From the NCBI GenBank assembly GCA_000146045.2, contig BK006938.2:768001-832000 (forward strand): a DNA stretch of 64,000 nt. Direction: 5' to 3'. The stretch comes from TPA_inf: Saccharomyces (taxonomy: Eukaryota). Below are positions 23,849 through 35,235 of this stretch, one piece after another; position 1 is the stretch's first letter, and the number at the start of each line of letters is the position of its first letter. Below the pieces are notes generated by a model that ran no database searches, was not told the origin of the DNA, and saw only the letters and a program-made list of their open reading frames with translations. Made by a program: the position numbers and the translations under genes.

Positions 23849-24347
23849 AAATTTATGTAGCTATTTTACTGGTGCAGCGTGCATCTACTTCCTTTTTTAT
23901 TGTTATTTTCATTTATACATAATACAAAAAAAAAAAAGAAGAAAATTAATGATCAATAAAGAAAATCGTGAAATTACAGCAGAGGTTTTGTACCTGCTTT
24001 CCTACGTTAGTACATAATATCTTATTTTTTATTAGTGCATGTTTTTCTCAGTGTGTGTTTTTGTAATTTGTATATACTACACAAAGAATCGGAAGGGTAA
24101 AATGTGAAAAATACTGGGTCTTTTGAAATATATTGAACGGGCTAATATATGAAATGAATATGAAAAGAAGAAAAAAATGTGACAAGAAAAAAGTGGTGAC
24201 AAAAAAGACAAAATAATTATTCAGAGATGATAAACTTAAAGCAAAACTTGGTAACAAACTTTCATTAAAACAAAATATGTATTCTTTTTTCATTTTCATT
24301 TTTTTTTTACTGTTTTTTTGTTATTTCATGGAACTGGTAAAGAATTC

Positions 24348-25889
24348 TTAAGATTTTAAGCTCATTAATAAAAACGCAGCACTATTGTCTTCCCCATTTC
24401 TTGGCTGCTGTTCATGTTTCTGTTGGTCGTGTTGTAGGGGAGGCTCAATATCTCCATTCTGAGAGTTAGTAAAACTTGGATTTGTAGGTTTAGGGCTAAC
24501 TACGCCATTAGTAGAACTTGCTACGCTGTCTATGTTAGGTGCTAAACTGTTATTTCTCAGAGAAGCTGCACCAATTGATTCCCAGTCTTCTTCGTCTGTA
24601 TCTGAGTGAGGTTGATGATGAGAATGGGGAACAAGTTGTGGCGACGATTCCCCATTCAGGTGTTGTGAAGCTACTCTATGTTTCTCCTTGTCCGATAATA
24701 CTATCGGATTTGAACTTACATTCATCTGTTCTTCTAGCTTAGGGGAGGTGGAAACCGACGTAGCTTTAGAGTTAGGGTTTGTAGTGACGATCAAATAGTT
24801 TTTGTTTGGGAAAAGTGTCGATCTAATACTTGATTCTTTCGATACAGACAGACGAGAAGCTCTTCTTGAAGTTGGCTCACTTGTCGCAGTAAGTTTCTCT
24901 AAATCTATCTTCGCCTGGTTTGAGTTACTGTTGTTATTTGATGGGGTTGTCGTTGAGGTTGTATTGGGGGAAAGGTAGGATGAATCTTGGTGTGTGTTTA
25001 GTTTGGAAATGAAAGGTGTATGTGGTTTTATGCTCGAACGGCGTCTATTTCTTAATAGCGGTCTAATCTTTTGTGCTATTATTTCATGCTCAATATTCTC
25101 GGGAGTTGAATCGGCGAACACAACTTGAGACCTTCTCCTGCCGAAACTATAGGGATCACCATTTGAAGATTTTCCAAAATTATTACTGCTGTTCCTCGAT
25201 TTGTTTTGGTAATGTAAATGATGGTCATCTTCATCAAACTCCTCATCCTCATCTTCCGATGCTAGCGCATTTTCATCTATATATACTACGTTTGCTGCTG
25301 CAAGTGGAGATTTGCTGCGTTTGATATTAACAGGAATGGTGGTGGAAGCAACAGCGGTAGGCGGGGTGGTGGCTCCATCGATATTCGTGATATTATGCTC
25401 AACTTTCATAGGCATTTCAACTTTGCCGCCTGAATTAGAATTTGAATTGTTGCTTTTCCTTCTTTGACTCTCTTGAGAAATCAAGTCTTTCACCTTTGCA
25501 TTTGCAAAATTGGTCGCTTCCAGCTCCTTATCAAAGTTGGCAGGGTCTACTCTTTTCGCGGACCATTGACCCCATCCAATTTTTTCAAATACCACTGATT
25601 TTTCTTTATCACCACTTTCCATAGCACTCATTATAAGTCGTCTTTGCTTGGAAGATGATAAATCTTTAAAACAGGGAATATCTAGGCATAAGGTCTGTGT
25701 AATGTGTCTAATGGCCAATGGTCCCATTTCTAGTAATAAAGTGGACAGTTTCCCGGGCGTAACTCTTTGAGCGGCTGCTAACCCAGCGGGTGATGATGTG
25801 GAGATAGGTTTGGAAAATATACTAGAGCTTGCCTCGGATTTGACCGATATGGCTTGAGGAGGCGATACCTCCTTTTGGTTTTCTGACAT
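24348..25889 (-). CDS. STB3: RRPE-binding transcription factor / Sin3-binding protein, 513 aa
   Basis: A 513-aa Ser/Asn-rich low-complexity protein beginning MSENQKEVSPPQAISVKSEASSS. It matches Stb3 (YDR169C) by recall; I see no catalytic motif. Confidence 0.78.
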   Translation of the reverse strand: MSENQKEVSPPQAISVKSEASSSIFSKPISTSSPAGLAAAQRVTPGKLSTLLLEMGPLAIRHITQTLCLDIPCFKDLSSSKQRRLIMSAMESGDKEKSVVFEKIGWGQWSAKRVDPANFDKELEATNFANAKVKDLISQESQRRKSNNSNSNSGGKVEMPMKVEHNITNIDGATTPPTAVASTTIPVNIKRSKSPLAAANVVYIDENALASEDEDEEFDEDDHHLHYQNKSRNSSNNFGKSSNGDPYSFGRRRSQVVFADSTPENIEHEIIAQKIRPLLRNRRRSSIKPHTPFISKLNTHQDSSYLSPNTTSTTTPSNNNSNSNQAKIDLEKLTATSEPTSRRASRLSVSKESSIRSTLFPNKNYLIVTTNPNSKATSVSTSPKLEEQMNVSSNPIVLSDKEKHRVASQHLNGESSPQLVPHSHHQPHSDTDEEDWESIGAASLRNNSLAPNIDSVASSTNGVVSPKPTNPSFTNSQNGDIEPPLQHDQQKHEQQPRNGEDNSAAFLLMSLKS

Positions 25890-28192
25890 TATTAGTGGTA
25901 GTCTGAAATAATGTCTTTTTATTCAAAATTTCAATTTATTAGAAAAGCACAAAGCAGGAGCTTGGCGTTTGTACACCGAATGATTCAGATGATACTATAC
26001 TCTTTTTCCTTCTTTTCAGCGGAAATTTAGTAACGGTCTTTAATCGTGTTTACAAGTGGTTACAAATTCACGTGCTCCGATTGGAAACTGGTTATTGACA
26101 CGACTCTTGAAAATCTCAGTTCGCCCTTTTTTGCGATAAATTTAACGTGCTTCTGATCAGGATTGCCAGGCACCGTTTGCAATCAGTGTCTTTTATAATC
26201 GATTTGTCTTGGATATGGATGGTATTACCGTACCTGTATCTTTATATTATAGCGTGGATTGCGTGAGATTGTGTGGAGATGAACATGAGAAGGATAAAGA
26301 CTATCTGAAATAGTTCACTCTTCGGTTACTAAGGTAAGGAAGGCGCCTCTACCCTCTCAGCGCGCACGTGCGGAGTGATCAGCCTACTACCGTAGGGACT
26401 TTTGCACGTTATTATGGGAATATCATTGCCAACGCAACCTGATTCCTATACAAGCAGCCAATTCATGCAAATGACTGTAGTATTGTATAGCATGCCAACA
26501 TTCTTCATCATACTATCCTGAGGTCCTATTTCTACAAAGATCCCACAAAAGGGTTCATAATTTTGGCCGTATTTCAGTTTCTGCCGTGCTTGTTTGAGAA
26601 TCTGGGGCATTCCAATTTGCTTGACGAAGATCTCAAGCCACTAGCACCAATAAGCAACATTCTCACTCGAGAAGTCGCAGAAAATCTCTGTGACTGCATT
26701 TGTTTTAGAGACATTCTCATCATTGGACGGGAATGTTCTGGCGCCACGATAAGAAATTTACGACCGGGAATGTTGCGTACTCTAGTTTTTGTCGATTTTG
26801 CTACTCACTCCTGCTGAATTTGCAGTAATGTTTTAAAGATGTGGCTTCGCAACCACCAACATGAACCCTATGGTCGTGTCTTTTGTTTGTTTCTTGTAAC
26901 AAATCATAGCGAGCAGTTTGAAAATTATTACAAAACCAAAATACGTCTCTAGTAGTGCTACCATAGAATTTATTGGGGCATACGTAAAACAAAGTTTGAA
27001 TCTTTCTTGTCATACTTCGCCATAAATTACAGACAGTCTCGTCCCCTATGCTTCAAAAGAAATAGGATGCGAGGGGTGGAGGCGCTTGATGGAAGAATAA
27101 TCCAAGTCCTCAACCTTTTAGGCTAAACAATCTTGGGACTCCCGTACAAATACTGGATATCTCAAATTGCTCAAAAATTGTGCTTTATTGATCCAAAAGT
27201 TGCCTGTCCAAAGATACATCTACATTGACATAATGGAAAACATGAAAACATACACCTACGAAGGGCATAATTGTGCAAGATATAAATGCAGCCTATGTTT
27301 CCTGCCAGATGGAGCGTATATTTCCGACCGAGTATTACTCAGTTGAACTCATTCAACGTTACACAAGTGAAGTTGATTATAGGATAATGTAGGGGTTTAT
27401 AATAGCGTAGTCAATCAGGCTTATGAGGAACAAAAATAGTAAAAGCAAGCAAGTATGGCCCTATTTATCTTAAGCGTCAAGCCTTTTATATCCAAGCAAG
27501 CACTTGCAAACTTTGTTGTTATCGCTGATGGCGCTCCTCCATAGCGAGTATTGATGCTTGGCATAAACAACAAGCCTGTAAGCCTTGCCTTCTCATTCGC
27601 CTTCATTACAAGTAAAAACGCCCTCATCTGCTATTTGTTTCCAATAAATCCGTGAAAACATCGGTATGTTCTAGTGTTTTGATGGAAGCGGTGCTACCTT
27701 ATTGTTTGCAATATGGATGACTCAGCTTAATGGTTTTGTGATGAACACAGTAAAAAAACGTTGACTCCTACGTGCAGCCGATCGTCCTCCACACTTAAAT
27801 TCGTTGAGATAAATCGTGTAGTAATACACTCAGTCATTCAGTATCCGTGCTTGTTTCTTTCTTTTCCTATTTGTTCGCAAGTGACTACGTGCGCCCTTAA
27901 TTGCTTACATATTTTAGGTTAAGATTACATCCTTTCTTATTTCGGCAAAAATGAAGTTAGTATAAAATGCCCATGAATGAGGACCAAAATGGCTAAACTT
28001 GATAAGTCTTTCTACATAGTTTACATATTTGTTATTGCTATATGATGTACCTTGTTTATGAATTAAACGAATCTAAAAAGGATCACCGCCACTAAATCAG
28101 GATTAATATGAGTAAAAGTATATCAACCTTCTCATTTTTTCTGTGTTCTACAACTAAGCATATTTTAATCTGCTGGACCATTCAACAAAGCC

Positions 28193-31100
28193 TTAATCAG
28201 TAGAAAGGTATAATTCACCAACTCTGCTTAGAAATTGTTTTATAGCATGTCTCAACTCCGTTGGAACGCTCTTATCTAATATTTGAATCACCAGAGCATA
28301 CATAGCAGGACAGTATAGTCTAAAGTCTTCATCATCAAATTCGTAGTAACCTTGTAATATTTCAACTATCACTGAACGCCAGGCATTGATACTACGTTCC
28401 ATGGTTCTATCATCCAAAGAAACATAACCCTCTACGACCTGGATGCAAATGGTGATCAGACGAGTTATTAAATCAGCCTTCTTCTCATCATCGTTCAGAT
28501 ACAACTGAAACATAATGTCAAGGAGAACTGCAGCAGCACTCGTTTCTTGTTTCAACAGGTTTGGTATTTTATCAACTACACGAGCCTCTACTAGTCTTGT
28601 TCTTAACCCATAATCTTCATTAAAGTCACGAGAAAATTCGTACGATTTCTCCAACAATCTTGTAATTCTAATGGCTTCCTTGTAAGGGATACAGTGGGCA
28701 AAATCTTCGTTCTCGAATAATTCGTTGAGCAGCTCTATCATCAAAAGCTGTAAAACACATTTGACAACAATAGAATTCTTGATGTTTATTCTCCTACGTA
28801 TATCTTCGTTACTTTCGTTTCGTTTCATGTGCTTAGTTTTCTTGGGGATACTTAGACTAGCGGGCTTTGGATTCAATTCGTCCTTTACCGTCGGAACGGA
28901 ATTGCCATTATTAAGCTTAGTTTGCCCATTGAGTGTTTCAACCATGTCACCACCAACGTCTTCGCTGGATTCTTCTTGATGCGCTCTTTCGACCGTCTCA
29001 CTGATATTAGAATCGTTCTCCCTTCTGTCGTTGCTATCATCATCTGAGTGTTGGCTGGTATCATTAGTTGTTTGGTGATGAGATACAGATGATTTTCTTC
29101 CTTGCTGTAACGGATCATAATCGAACAATTCATTAGCAGTGGTTAAATCAAACAATTTATCGAATACGTCACCTATTTGATTCCAATGGTACTCATTGAA
29201 TTTAGATACGTTTTGCAATATCAATTGTTGCAGGCAGGATCTCCCAATTCTAGCAATAGTGTCATTTTCTTGACAAATACAGGATACCAGCAGACCCAAA
29301 AATCCATCGAGCATTCTGTTCAACGATTCAAAGTAATGCGTAAAAAGGGCAATCAAGTTCCTTAAGGCTTGAATTAACGTGGTCGAAAGCCAAACACTTA
29401 AATCATCATGACTATTGAATTGGTTGACTTCCCAATGTTTGGATAATACACCGAAAATAGGAAATAGTAACTTCTTACAAATCTTTTCCCAGAAATCATC
29501 ATTGAATTTACCACCATATGCCACTAGGGCATCGAACATATAGTTTAATGCACGTGATCTAACTTCTAAGTCTTCAGCTGTCATGATCGTATCATTGAAG
29601 CAGAATAACATAGGGAACCACACATCCTGGAATATGTCTTTCCCACGAAGTAAAGCATCGTTATGTTTTCTTTCTTCTTCAGTCTTATTTTCATTGTAAA
29701 AACAGATGTCTGCGACGTTCTGAGTCATCTTTCTTAGAGACTCCAAAGCATGTAGAGATAGCTTTTGGAATCTCTTATTTTTGGTGATTTCTCTGAAGAC
29801 ACCAACTAACTCAGAAAAGGCATCTTCTTGAGAGAATACGTTTTCGAAGTGATTTGTCACAATATCATTGCTAACCAGCAATTGCGTCTTTAATACAATG
29901 GATTCAGTGCTTGAGCGAGCCGTATATTGTAAGGATTCAAGAATAGGCTTCCAGCCAGATTTGATACTTTCCGATTTTGTCAATATGAAGTTCCTAAAAC
30001 ACTCAATAATCATTTCTTGAACTTCAGTGTTGCCACTATTTTGAACCGTGTATTCAAAAGGTTTTAAAAAATCATGTTGAAATTCAAAACCTGATAATTC
30101 CTCAATATCTAAAAATCTCATAGACAATTGACGCAGGGAATCGATAGCGAAAAATACTACTGCTAAGTTAGAGTTTGTAGCAATCTTGTTGAAAGCTTTT
30201 CCCATAACAGCCCAAAGCGGCGTCCATTCTAGTTTGATACGATCCATATTGTAGTAACATACATCGACCATTTTTTGCAAGGAAAACATTCTTGGTGTGG
30301 AAGCATTTTCAGATGATTCAATTTCTTCTAAAGATACAGCGGTTAAAGCTTTGATAAAATCAACGATAGCATTACCTGATAACTCGGAACTTTTGGTAAA
30401 TATATTGTCCATCAAAACGACTAATTCACTGGAGGAAATGAATTTAGAGATTTCGGGTGATAAGGTTTGATTATGGTGTTTTTCTTGAGCCAATTCTGTG
30501 GGAGTTGCCTTCTTGCCCCAAACATCAAAGAAAGATGTATTATTGGATCTTGATGATTCGTAAGAAACTCTAGGGTTTGCAACACGAGCTTGTGCAACAT
30601 CTGGAACCGTATCTCTGTCGATACCTTTGGATATCAATTGTAGTCTTTCCATTTGAGACACGACCAGCAAAATGTCCTTCCACGATCCCTCCAAGTAATT
30701 TCCTTCTGATAACGCGACTTCAAGAAGAATTACCATTGCATTGACATTTTTAACTTTGATTTCTTCAAGGTTTTGAAGGTTACAAAATTGGACTAACGCA
30801 CCTACAAAGGAGGTTCTAGCATCATTGATTCTAAAAGTAGAAGCAATTTTAATTGATATTTTCAAGCCTTCTAAACACTTATTGGTTGTGTCAATGTCAT
30901 CATAATCCTTAAATGGGGGGGTTAGAGCTGCTAAAAAGGACATCCATAGTGTCTCGAAAATTGATTTAACATGCTCAACGTGGGAAGCAGCATAATAGAC
31001 GTCTGGGCCTCCTTTATTTTTGTTTAAATTCTTAAAGACTAATTCCGTTTTAGATGAAATTTCTTTTGAGACTTGATTATATGCCTCTCTTGTCAAATCA

Positions 31101-34100
31101 CGAGAATTAAAGAAGTTGAAAGCAGATTGCTGTTGTTGGACAAGATTGGTATCACCTGAAAGCATTGCCTGATGCTGTTCAGAAATTAACTTGATTTCAT
31201 TGTTAGCAATTTCGTTGAACAAACCTTCCAAGAAGTCTCTTGGTAAATCTCTTCCGTTGTCAATACCTTCGTTGTTTTCTAAAAACTCTTGTAAAGACAT
31301 TTTATTTTTGATTTGTGACGAATGTAAATCAGTATTCAACATGATCAAAGAATACGAAAGCACATATGCAGTATCCGCCTTTGAAAAGACTCCGGGGTTT
31401 TGGTCCACAAATCTTTCCGCAAATTTCAGCATGAATCTGTCAATTTTTTGACCTTCTCCAGGCAATCTGAAACTTTGTAAAAATGACCTTAATGCGTCAA
31501 CAATGGACATACCAGTGAAGTCAAACTCATCAACAAATGCGTGCATTATAGCGATGTTCTTGTCGTCTCCTTCGCCTAGATAATCCCCAACAGCGGCCAT
31601 GTCGAGGCCTTCTGTTTCTAATAACCACTTGGCAATGGAAATTGGAGAATCATCTTTCAAAAATCCTTTTTTAATAAGTACTGGAATAGCTTTCTTGGGT
31701 TTATTGTTGAAAATAGCAATACATTCCGATAAAGCAGTTTTCCTTAGTTTCAAATTTTCAAATTGTGTGGGGTCGTCTGCGTCAATGTTTTGACTGCTCA
31801 ATGATCTGCTTTCTTCGTCTTCATATGTTGGTTTGAAGTCATCATTACTTGTCATAATAGAAGACCTTACGTCGTTACTCAAAGATGATCTAGATTCTTG
31901 ACGAGCTGAAGATGTTGTGTTTAGTAATACCTTATTAGCAGTGTGTGTGTTTGGATTTAAAGCTTTGTGAGCCCATGAGCTTAAGGAACGCAAAACTGAC
32001 ACAATGCAATTTAGTGACACCATTTTGAGAGCAAAATCAAGTGGAAAAAGTAAATTGACTTGACCAACATCAGGACTAGAAGACAAGTTGGAAGAAGTCA
32101 AAAGGGGCAATTGTGAGAAATTGTAGGTGGACAGGGATTTTGATATTTGTTCATCGTAGTATGATCTTTGAGTCTGAGTAATTTCCACCCTAGTTAAAGC
32201 CAATCTTGTCAAATAATCAACAGTTATTTCCATTACATTTGGCATTCCAGGGTTACAATCATAATTCAAGTAAAATTCAACTAAAGTTCTTGGGTCGTTA
32301 CAAATTCGTTGAATAACACTTAAAAAATATCTCTTTTGTTGGGAGGTGGAAGTGGTTAATTCTGAAATGGGGAAGTAGATTTCTGTTAAAAAAACTGGAA
32401 TTTCCTTCACGAAATCTGCTCTCAAATTAGCAATCAATAGCCACATAATTTCTAAAGTAACCTCGAAAACTGGAGCTAGAGGCGAGGCAGCATTCCTTGA
32501 TAAAACAAGACGTAAATATTGTCTAATTGAATCGATAAAGCACACACGCTCCTTTCCTGGTAGAAAAATGTTGTGGGAAAGGAATACGTCAATATGATCT
32601 TTGATAATAGAGTAAATGATGTGAAGAGATAAAAGCTTTGACCTGACGGCATGTGACCTCATGTCGAGTTCTGTTTCCAAAGGTTTAGCACATATTTTCG
32701 CCATGACTCTAAACACTAAGAACGCATCTTTAACAGCTAGATCTTGGTTAGTTATGGCGATAGAATCAGGCTGTTGAGCGTCCATTAGTCTTTCCTCATC
32801 GTCATTCAACTTATCCATATTTTCCAGAGTTAAAGGAGCCGGCGTTTCTGCATTTTCAGAAGCCTCGGAAAGTTCTATGGCGGATTGTTGTTGATGATTT
32901 TTTGTCGATAAGGATACTGCTGAAGAGGTACTTTGTTTGAGATCGATTTTATCATACACCGAACTAATAATTTGTGTCAAGGTCGCCTGTGCAATACCTT
33001 GATTGGATGGGTTCAACGAAAAGACGAAAACGTTGTAGATTGTTCTGATAGCCTTTAGCAAGGAAGCACCGTGGCATAAAGAACTTGAATCCTCTTCTAA
33101 AATGCAACTAGATAAAGCTCTAACGATTTGTAGTTCCACACGGTCATCAGTGCCTTCACCTTGAAAACAGTCTGAAATAGTATCAATTGCAGCGTCTATA
33201 ATTTTTTGTTTTGGAGGCGGCGTTATTCCATCGGCAGCATCTTGTCGTTGATCATTAGAGGCTAAAGAATCGGGTGGATTCACTAACAGGGTCTCGTCTA
33301 GCGATCTAAAAGAAAACAATTTTGACAGGCAATCTAAAGCCAAACTTTGAACTTTGGAGGATTTGGTACGACAGCTTGCCCTTAGTGCTTCGAATACTAG
33401 TATTGAATCCACGTAATGTGGGTTATTCGTGGTTTGCGGATCAAATTCCTTAAATTTTTGTAATGTCCTTTCGATAGCCTTCTGAGCATTCGAATTCTTT
33501 TTAATGTCCTTATCATTTAAAATTGTCTCCAACGTAGTTTTCACTAAAATTATGGTTGAGTTTGTGTTCGAACCATTTGAAGATAGTGATATGTTCCTCG
33601 TATGGGTAGACCTTGGGGCAGTAGAATCGTTGGTGGGAACACTATCTTGATGAGCGATAGCTGGTTCGCCAGCATTTTCCTCTTCTTCTTCTTCTTCTTC
33701 TTCTTCTTCTTCTTCTTCTGACCCGCTTTCATCACCAGAGGAGCTGTTTGATGTATTTCCATCGCTTTCATCAGATTCTTCATCTTCTCCAGAGCTACTC
33801 TCAGTACTTTCCCCTGAGACTGATTCAGAATCTTCCCCGTCTTCGGAACTGGTTTCGGAACTACTGCTATCCACGTCCTCATCATCCTCGTCCCCATTGT
33901 CTTCATCTTCATCTTCATCTTCATCTTCATCTTCATCTCCATCTTCACCTTCATCGTCATGGCGTTTGTCATTTGTATCTTCCGTTTCTTCGGGCGTTTT
34001 CATTCCGTTGGTAGCGTCGTTACTTGTTTCTTTTGTTTCTGCCGTACTGCCAGCGTTTTCTGGCCCTTTGCATTTTTGATCTTCACCATTTGTCTCTTTA

Positions 34101-34222
34101 GCTTCTTCTTTAATAGCATTCTGTGGTTTCACAGACGGATTGACTGAAGAAGCAGTCTCTACATTTGAAGATATTTCGCCATCCCCTTTTTCAGCATTTA
34201 CTACTGAATTCTGTTCAGACAT
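28193..34222 (-). CDS. SEC7: Large Arf guanine-nucleotide exchange factor with Sec7 domain, 2009 aa
   Basis: The ORF track entry carries 5 extra codons; the ATG at 34220-34222 gives MSEQNSVVNAEKGDG. There is a very acidic N-terminal region (poly-E, DED repeats). The Sec7 catalytic domain is present, including the FRLPGE glutamate-finger motif, followed by long HEAT-like downstream regions. Confidence 0.95.
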   Translation of the reverse strand: MSEQNSVVNAEKGDGEISSNVETASSVNPSVKPQNAIKEEAKETNGEDQKCKGPENAGSTAETKETSNDATNGMKTPEETEDTNDKRHDDEGEDGDEDEDEDEDEDEDNGDEDDEDVDSSSSETSSEDGEDSESVSGESTESSSGEDEESDESDGNTSNSSSGDESGSEEEEEEEEEEEEEENAGEPAIAHQDSVPTNDSTAPRSTHTRNISLSSNGSNTNSTIILVKTTLETILNDKDIKKNSNAQKAIERTLQKFKEFDPQTTNNPHYVDSILVFEALRASCRTKSSKVQSLALDCLSKLFSFRSLDETLLVNPPDSLASNDQRQDAADGITPPPKQKIIDAAIDTISDCFQGEGTDDRVELQIVRALSSCILEEDSSSLCHGASLLKAIRTIYNVFVFSLNPSNQGIAQATLTQIISSVYDKIDLKQSTSSAVSLSTKNHQQQSAIELSEASENAETPAPLTLENMDKLNDDEERLMDAQQPDSIAITNQDLAVKDAFLVFRVMAKICAKPLETELDMRSHAVRSKLLSLHIIYSIIKDHIDVFLSHNIFLPGKERVCFIDSIRQYLRLVLSRNAASPLAPVFEVTLEIMWLLIANLRADFVKEIPVFLTEIYFPISELTTSTSQQKRYFLSVIQRICNDPRTLVEFYLNYDCNPGMPNVMEITVDYLTRLALTRVEITQTQRSYYDEQISKSLSTYNFSQLPLLTSSNLSSSPDVGQVNLLFPLDFALKMVSLNCIVSVLRSLSSWAHKALNPNTHTANKVLLNTTSSARQESRSSLSNDVRSSIMTSNDDFKPTYEDEESRSLSSQNIDADDPTQFENLKLRKTALSECIAIFNNKPKKAIPVLIKKGFLKDDSPISIAKWLLETEGLDMAAVGDYLGEGDDKNIAIMHAFVDEFDFTGMSIVDALRSFLQSFRLPGEGQKIDRFMLKFAERFVDQNPGVFSKADTAYVLSYSLIMLNTDLHSSQIKNKMSLQEFLENNEGIDNGRDLPRDFLEGLFNEIANNEIKLISEQHQAMLSGDTNLVQQQQSAFNFFNSRDLTREAYNQVSKEISSKTELVFKNLNKNKGGPDVYYAASHVEHVKSIFETLWMSFLAALTPPFKDYDDIDTTNKCLEGLKISIKIASTFRINDARTSFVGALVQFCNLQNLEEIKVKNVNAMVILLEVALSEGNYLEGSWKDILLVVSQMERLQLISKGIDRDTVPDVAQARVANPRVSYESSRSNNTSFFDVWGKKATPTELAQEKHHNQTLSPEISKFISSSELVVLMDNIFTKSSELSGNAIVDFIKALTAVSLEEIESSENASTPRMFSLQKMVDVCYYNMDRIKLEWTPLWAVMGKAFNKIATNSNLAVVFFAIDSLRQLSMRFLDIEELSGFEFQHDFLKPFEYTVQNSGNTEVQEMIIECFRNFILTKSESIKSGWKPILESLQYTARSSTESIVLKTQLLVSNDIVTNHFENVFSQEDAFSELVGVFREITKNKRFQKLSLHALESLRKMTQNVADICFYNENKTEEERKHNDALLRGKDIFQDVWFPMLFCFNDTIMTAEDLEVRSRALNYMFDALVAYGGKFNDDFWEKICKKLLFPIFGVLSKHWEVNQFNSHDDLSVWLSTTLIQALRNLIALFTHYFESLNRMLDGFLGLLVSCICQENDTIARIGRSCLQQLILQNVSKFNEYHWNQIGDVFDKLFDLTTANELFDYDPLQQGRKSSVSHHQTTNDTSQHSDDDSNDRRENDSNISETVERAHQEESSEDVGGDMVETLNGQTKLNNGNSVPTVKDELNPKPASLSIPKKTKHMKRNESNEDIRRRINIKNSIVVKCVLQLLMIELLNELFENEDFAHCIPYKEAIRITRLLEKSYEFSRDFNEDYGLRTRLVEARVVDKIPNLLKQETSAAAVLLDIMFQLYLNDDEKKADLITRLITICIQVVEGYVSLDDRTMERSINAWRSVIVEILQGYYEFDDEDFRLYCPAMYALVIQILDKSVPTELRHAIKQFLSRVGELYLSTD
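33678..33719. repeat. (TCT)14 on the plus strand, equivalent to (GAA)n encoding a 14-residue poly-Glu tract within SEC7
   Basis: A direct read of tcttcttcttctt... that corresponds to EEEEEEEEEEEEEE in Sec7. Confidence 0.9.
33901..33960. repeat. (CTTCAT)n hexanucleotide repeat, about 6 perfect units followed by imperfect copies, encoding the (ED)n tract in SEC7
   Basis: A direct read of cttcatcttcatcttcat... that corresponds to GEDGDEDEDEDEDEDED in Sec7. Confidence 0.9.
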
Positions 34223-34730
34223 CAGATATAGTAGCACTTAGACTTGTTTCTTATCTTCTTTAATGGAATTCGGGGAAAAAATGAGAAAGAAACAGTTTAA
34301 GATATTACTTTTTATTGGTTCTGGAGAAACTTAAAAGAAATCGAGTATAGCTTAGTTGCAGAAAATATTTTATATTTCTCCGGAAAATGACTTCAATTTC
34401 TATTAGTCTGCGTTTATTGAACAATTGGAGAGAAGCCAATGATGCTTTTTAAAGAAATGATGTAAATCCCAACTTTGAGCTTCCTTTCTCGTTGCTTTGT
34501 TTTTCCCTCGCCTCGATATTATAAAATTTACTCGGCGCCTTGATAAAAACTAAACGTTCACCTTCTTTCCTGTAGAGGGAAAATAACAATATGTATAAGC
34601 CTTCTCCGACATCAAAAAACTGTAAGAGCTTCAAAAGTACTAAAGTGTATATCTTAAGAGCATCGTTGGCTCCACTCTAACACATCAACAAAAAATATCA
34701 ATGTTGATTTGTTAGAGTAAAAATAAAAAG

Positions 34731-34802
34731 AGGTCCTACCCGGATTCGAACCGGGGTTGTCCGGATCAAAACCGAAAGTGATAACCACTACACTATAGGA
34801 CC
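34731..34802 (-). tRNA. tQ(UUG): tRNA-Gln, anticodon UUG
   Basis: The reverse complement reads GGTCCTATAGTGTAGTGGTTATCACTTTCGGTTTTGATCCGGACAACCCCGGTTCGAATCCGGGTAGGACCT. It has a 7-bp acceptor stem, a D-loop AGTGGTTA, an anticodon loop T-TTG-AT and a T-arm GGTTCGAATCC; the cloverleaf is intact and there is no intron. Confidence 0.9.
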
Positions 34803-34894
34803 GACAATTCATGTTAAATCCTCCTTTTTTAGGCTTTTATAAGTTACTTTGACTAGAGATGACTAGAAATGATTATATTACACGCACACACAAT

Positions 34895-35235
34895 ACACAC
34901 ATAGTGTTGGAATAAAAATCCACTATCGTCTATCAACTAATAGTTATATTATCAATATATTATCATATACGGTGTTAAGATGATGACATAAGTTATGAGA
35001 AGCTGTCATCGAAGTTAGAGGAAGCTGAAGTGCAAGGATTGATAATGTAATAGGATAATGAAACATATAAAACAGAATGAGGAATAATCGTAATATTGGT
35101 ATATAGAAATATAGATTCCATTATGGGGATTCCTGACCCTCGAGGAGAACTTCTAGTATATTCTGTATACCTAATATTATAGCCTTTATCAACAATGGAA
35201 TCCCAACAATTATCTCAACATTCACCCATTTCTCA
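34895..35235 (+). repeat. Ty1 delta LTR (5' LTR), about 340 bp
   Basis: It begins TGTTGGAATAAAAATCC and ends ...CATTTCTCA directly before the PBS. It contains the Gag ATG at 35195, as in Ty1. Confidence 0.85.

Noticed and set aside
27730-27750. TGATGA C-box-like motif as a hint of a C/D snoRNA in the STB3-SEC7 spacer
   Set aside because: There is no appropriately spaced CTGA D box or terminal stem, and I do not recall a snoRNA at this locus.
33550-34147. Four ORFs of 60-140 aa (poly-MK, poly-HL, poly-S) within the SEC7 5' region
   Set aside because: They are alternative-frame and antisense readings of the (GAA)n and (GATGAA)n repeats inside SEC7.
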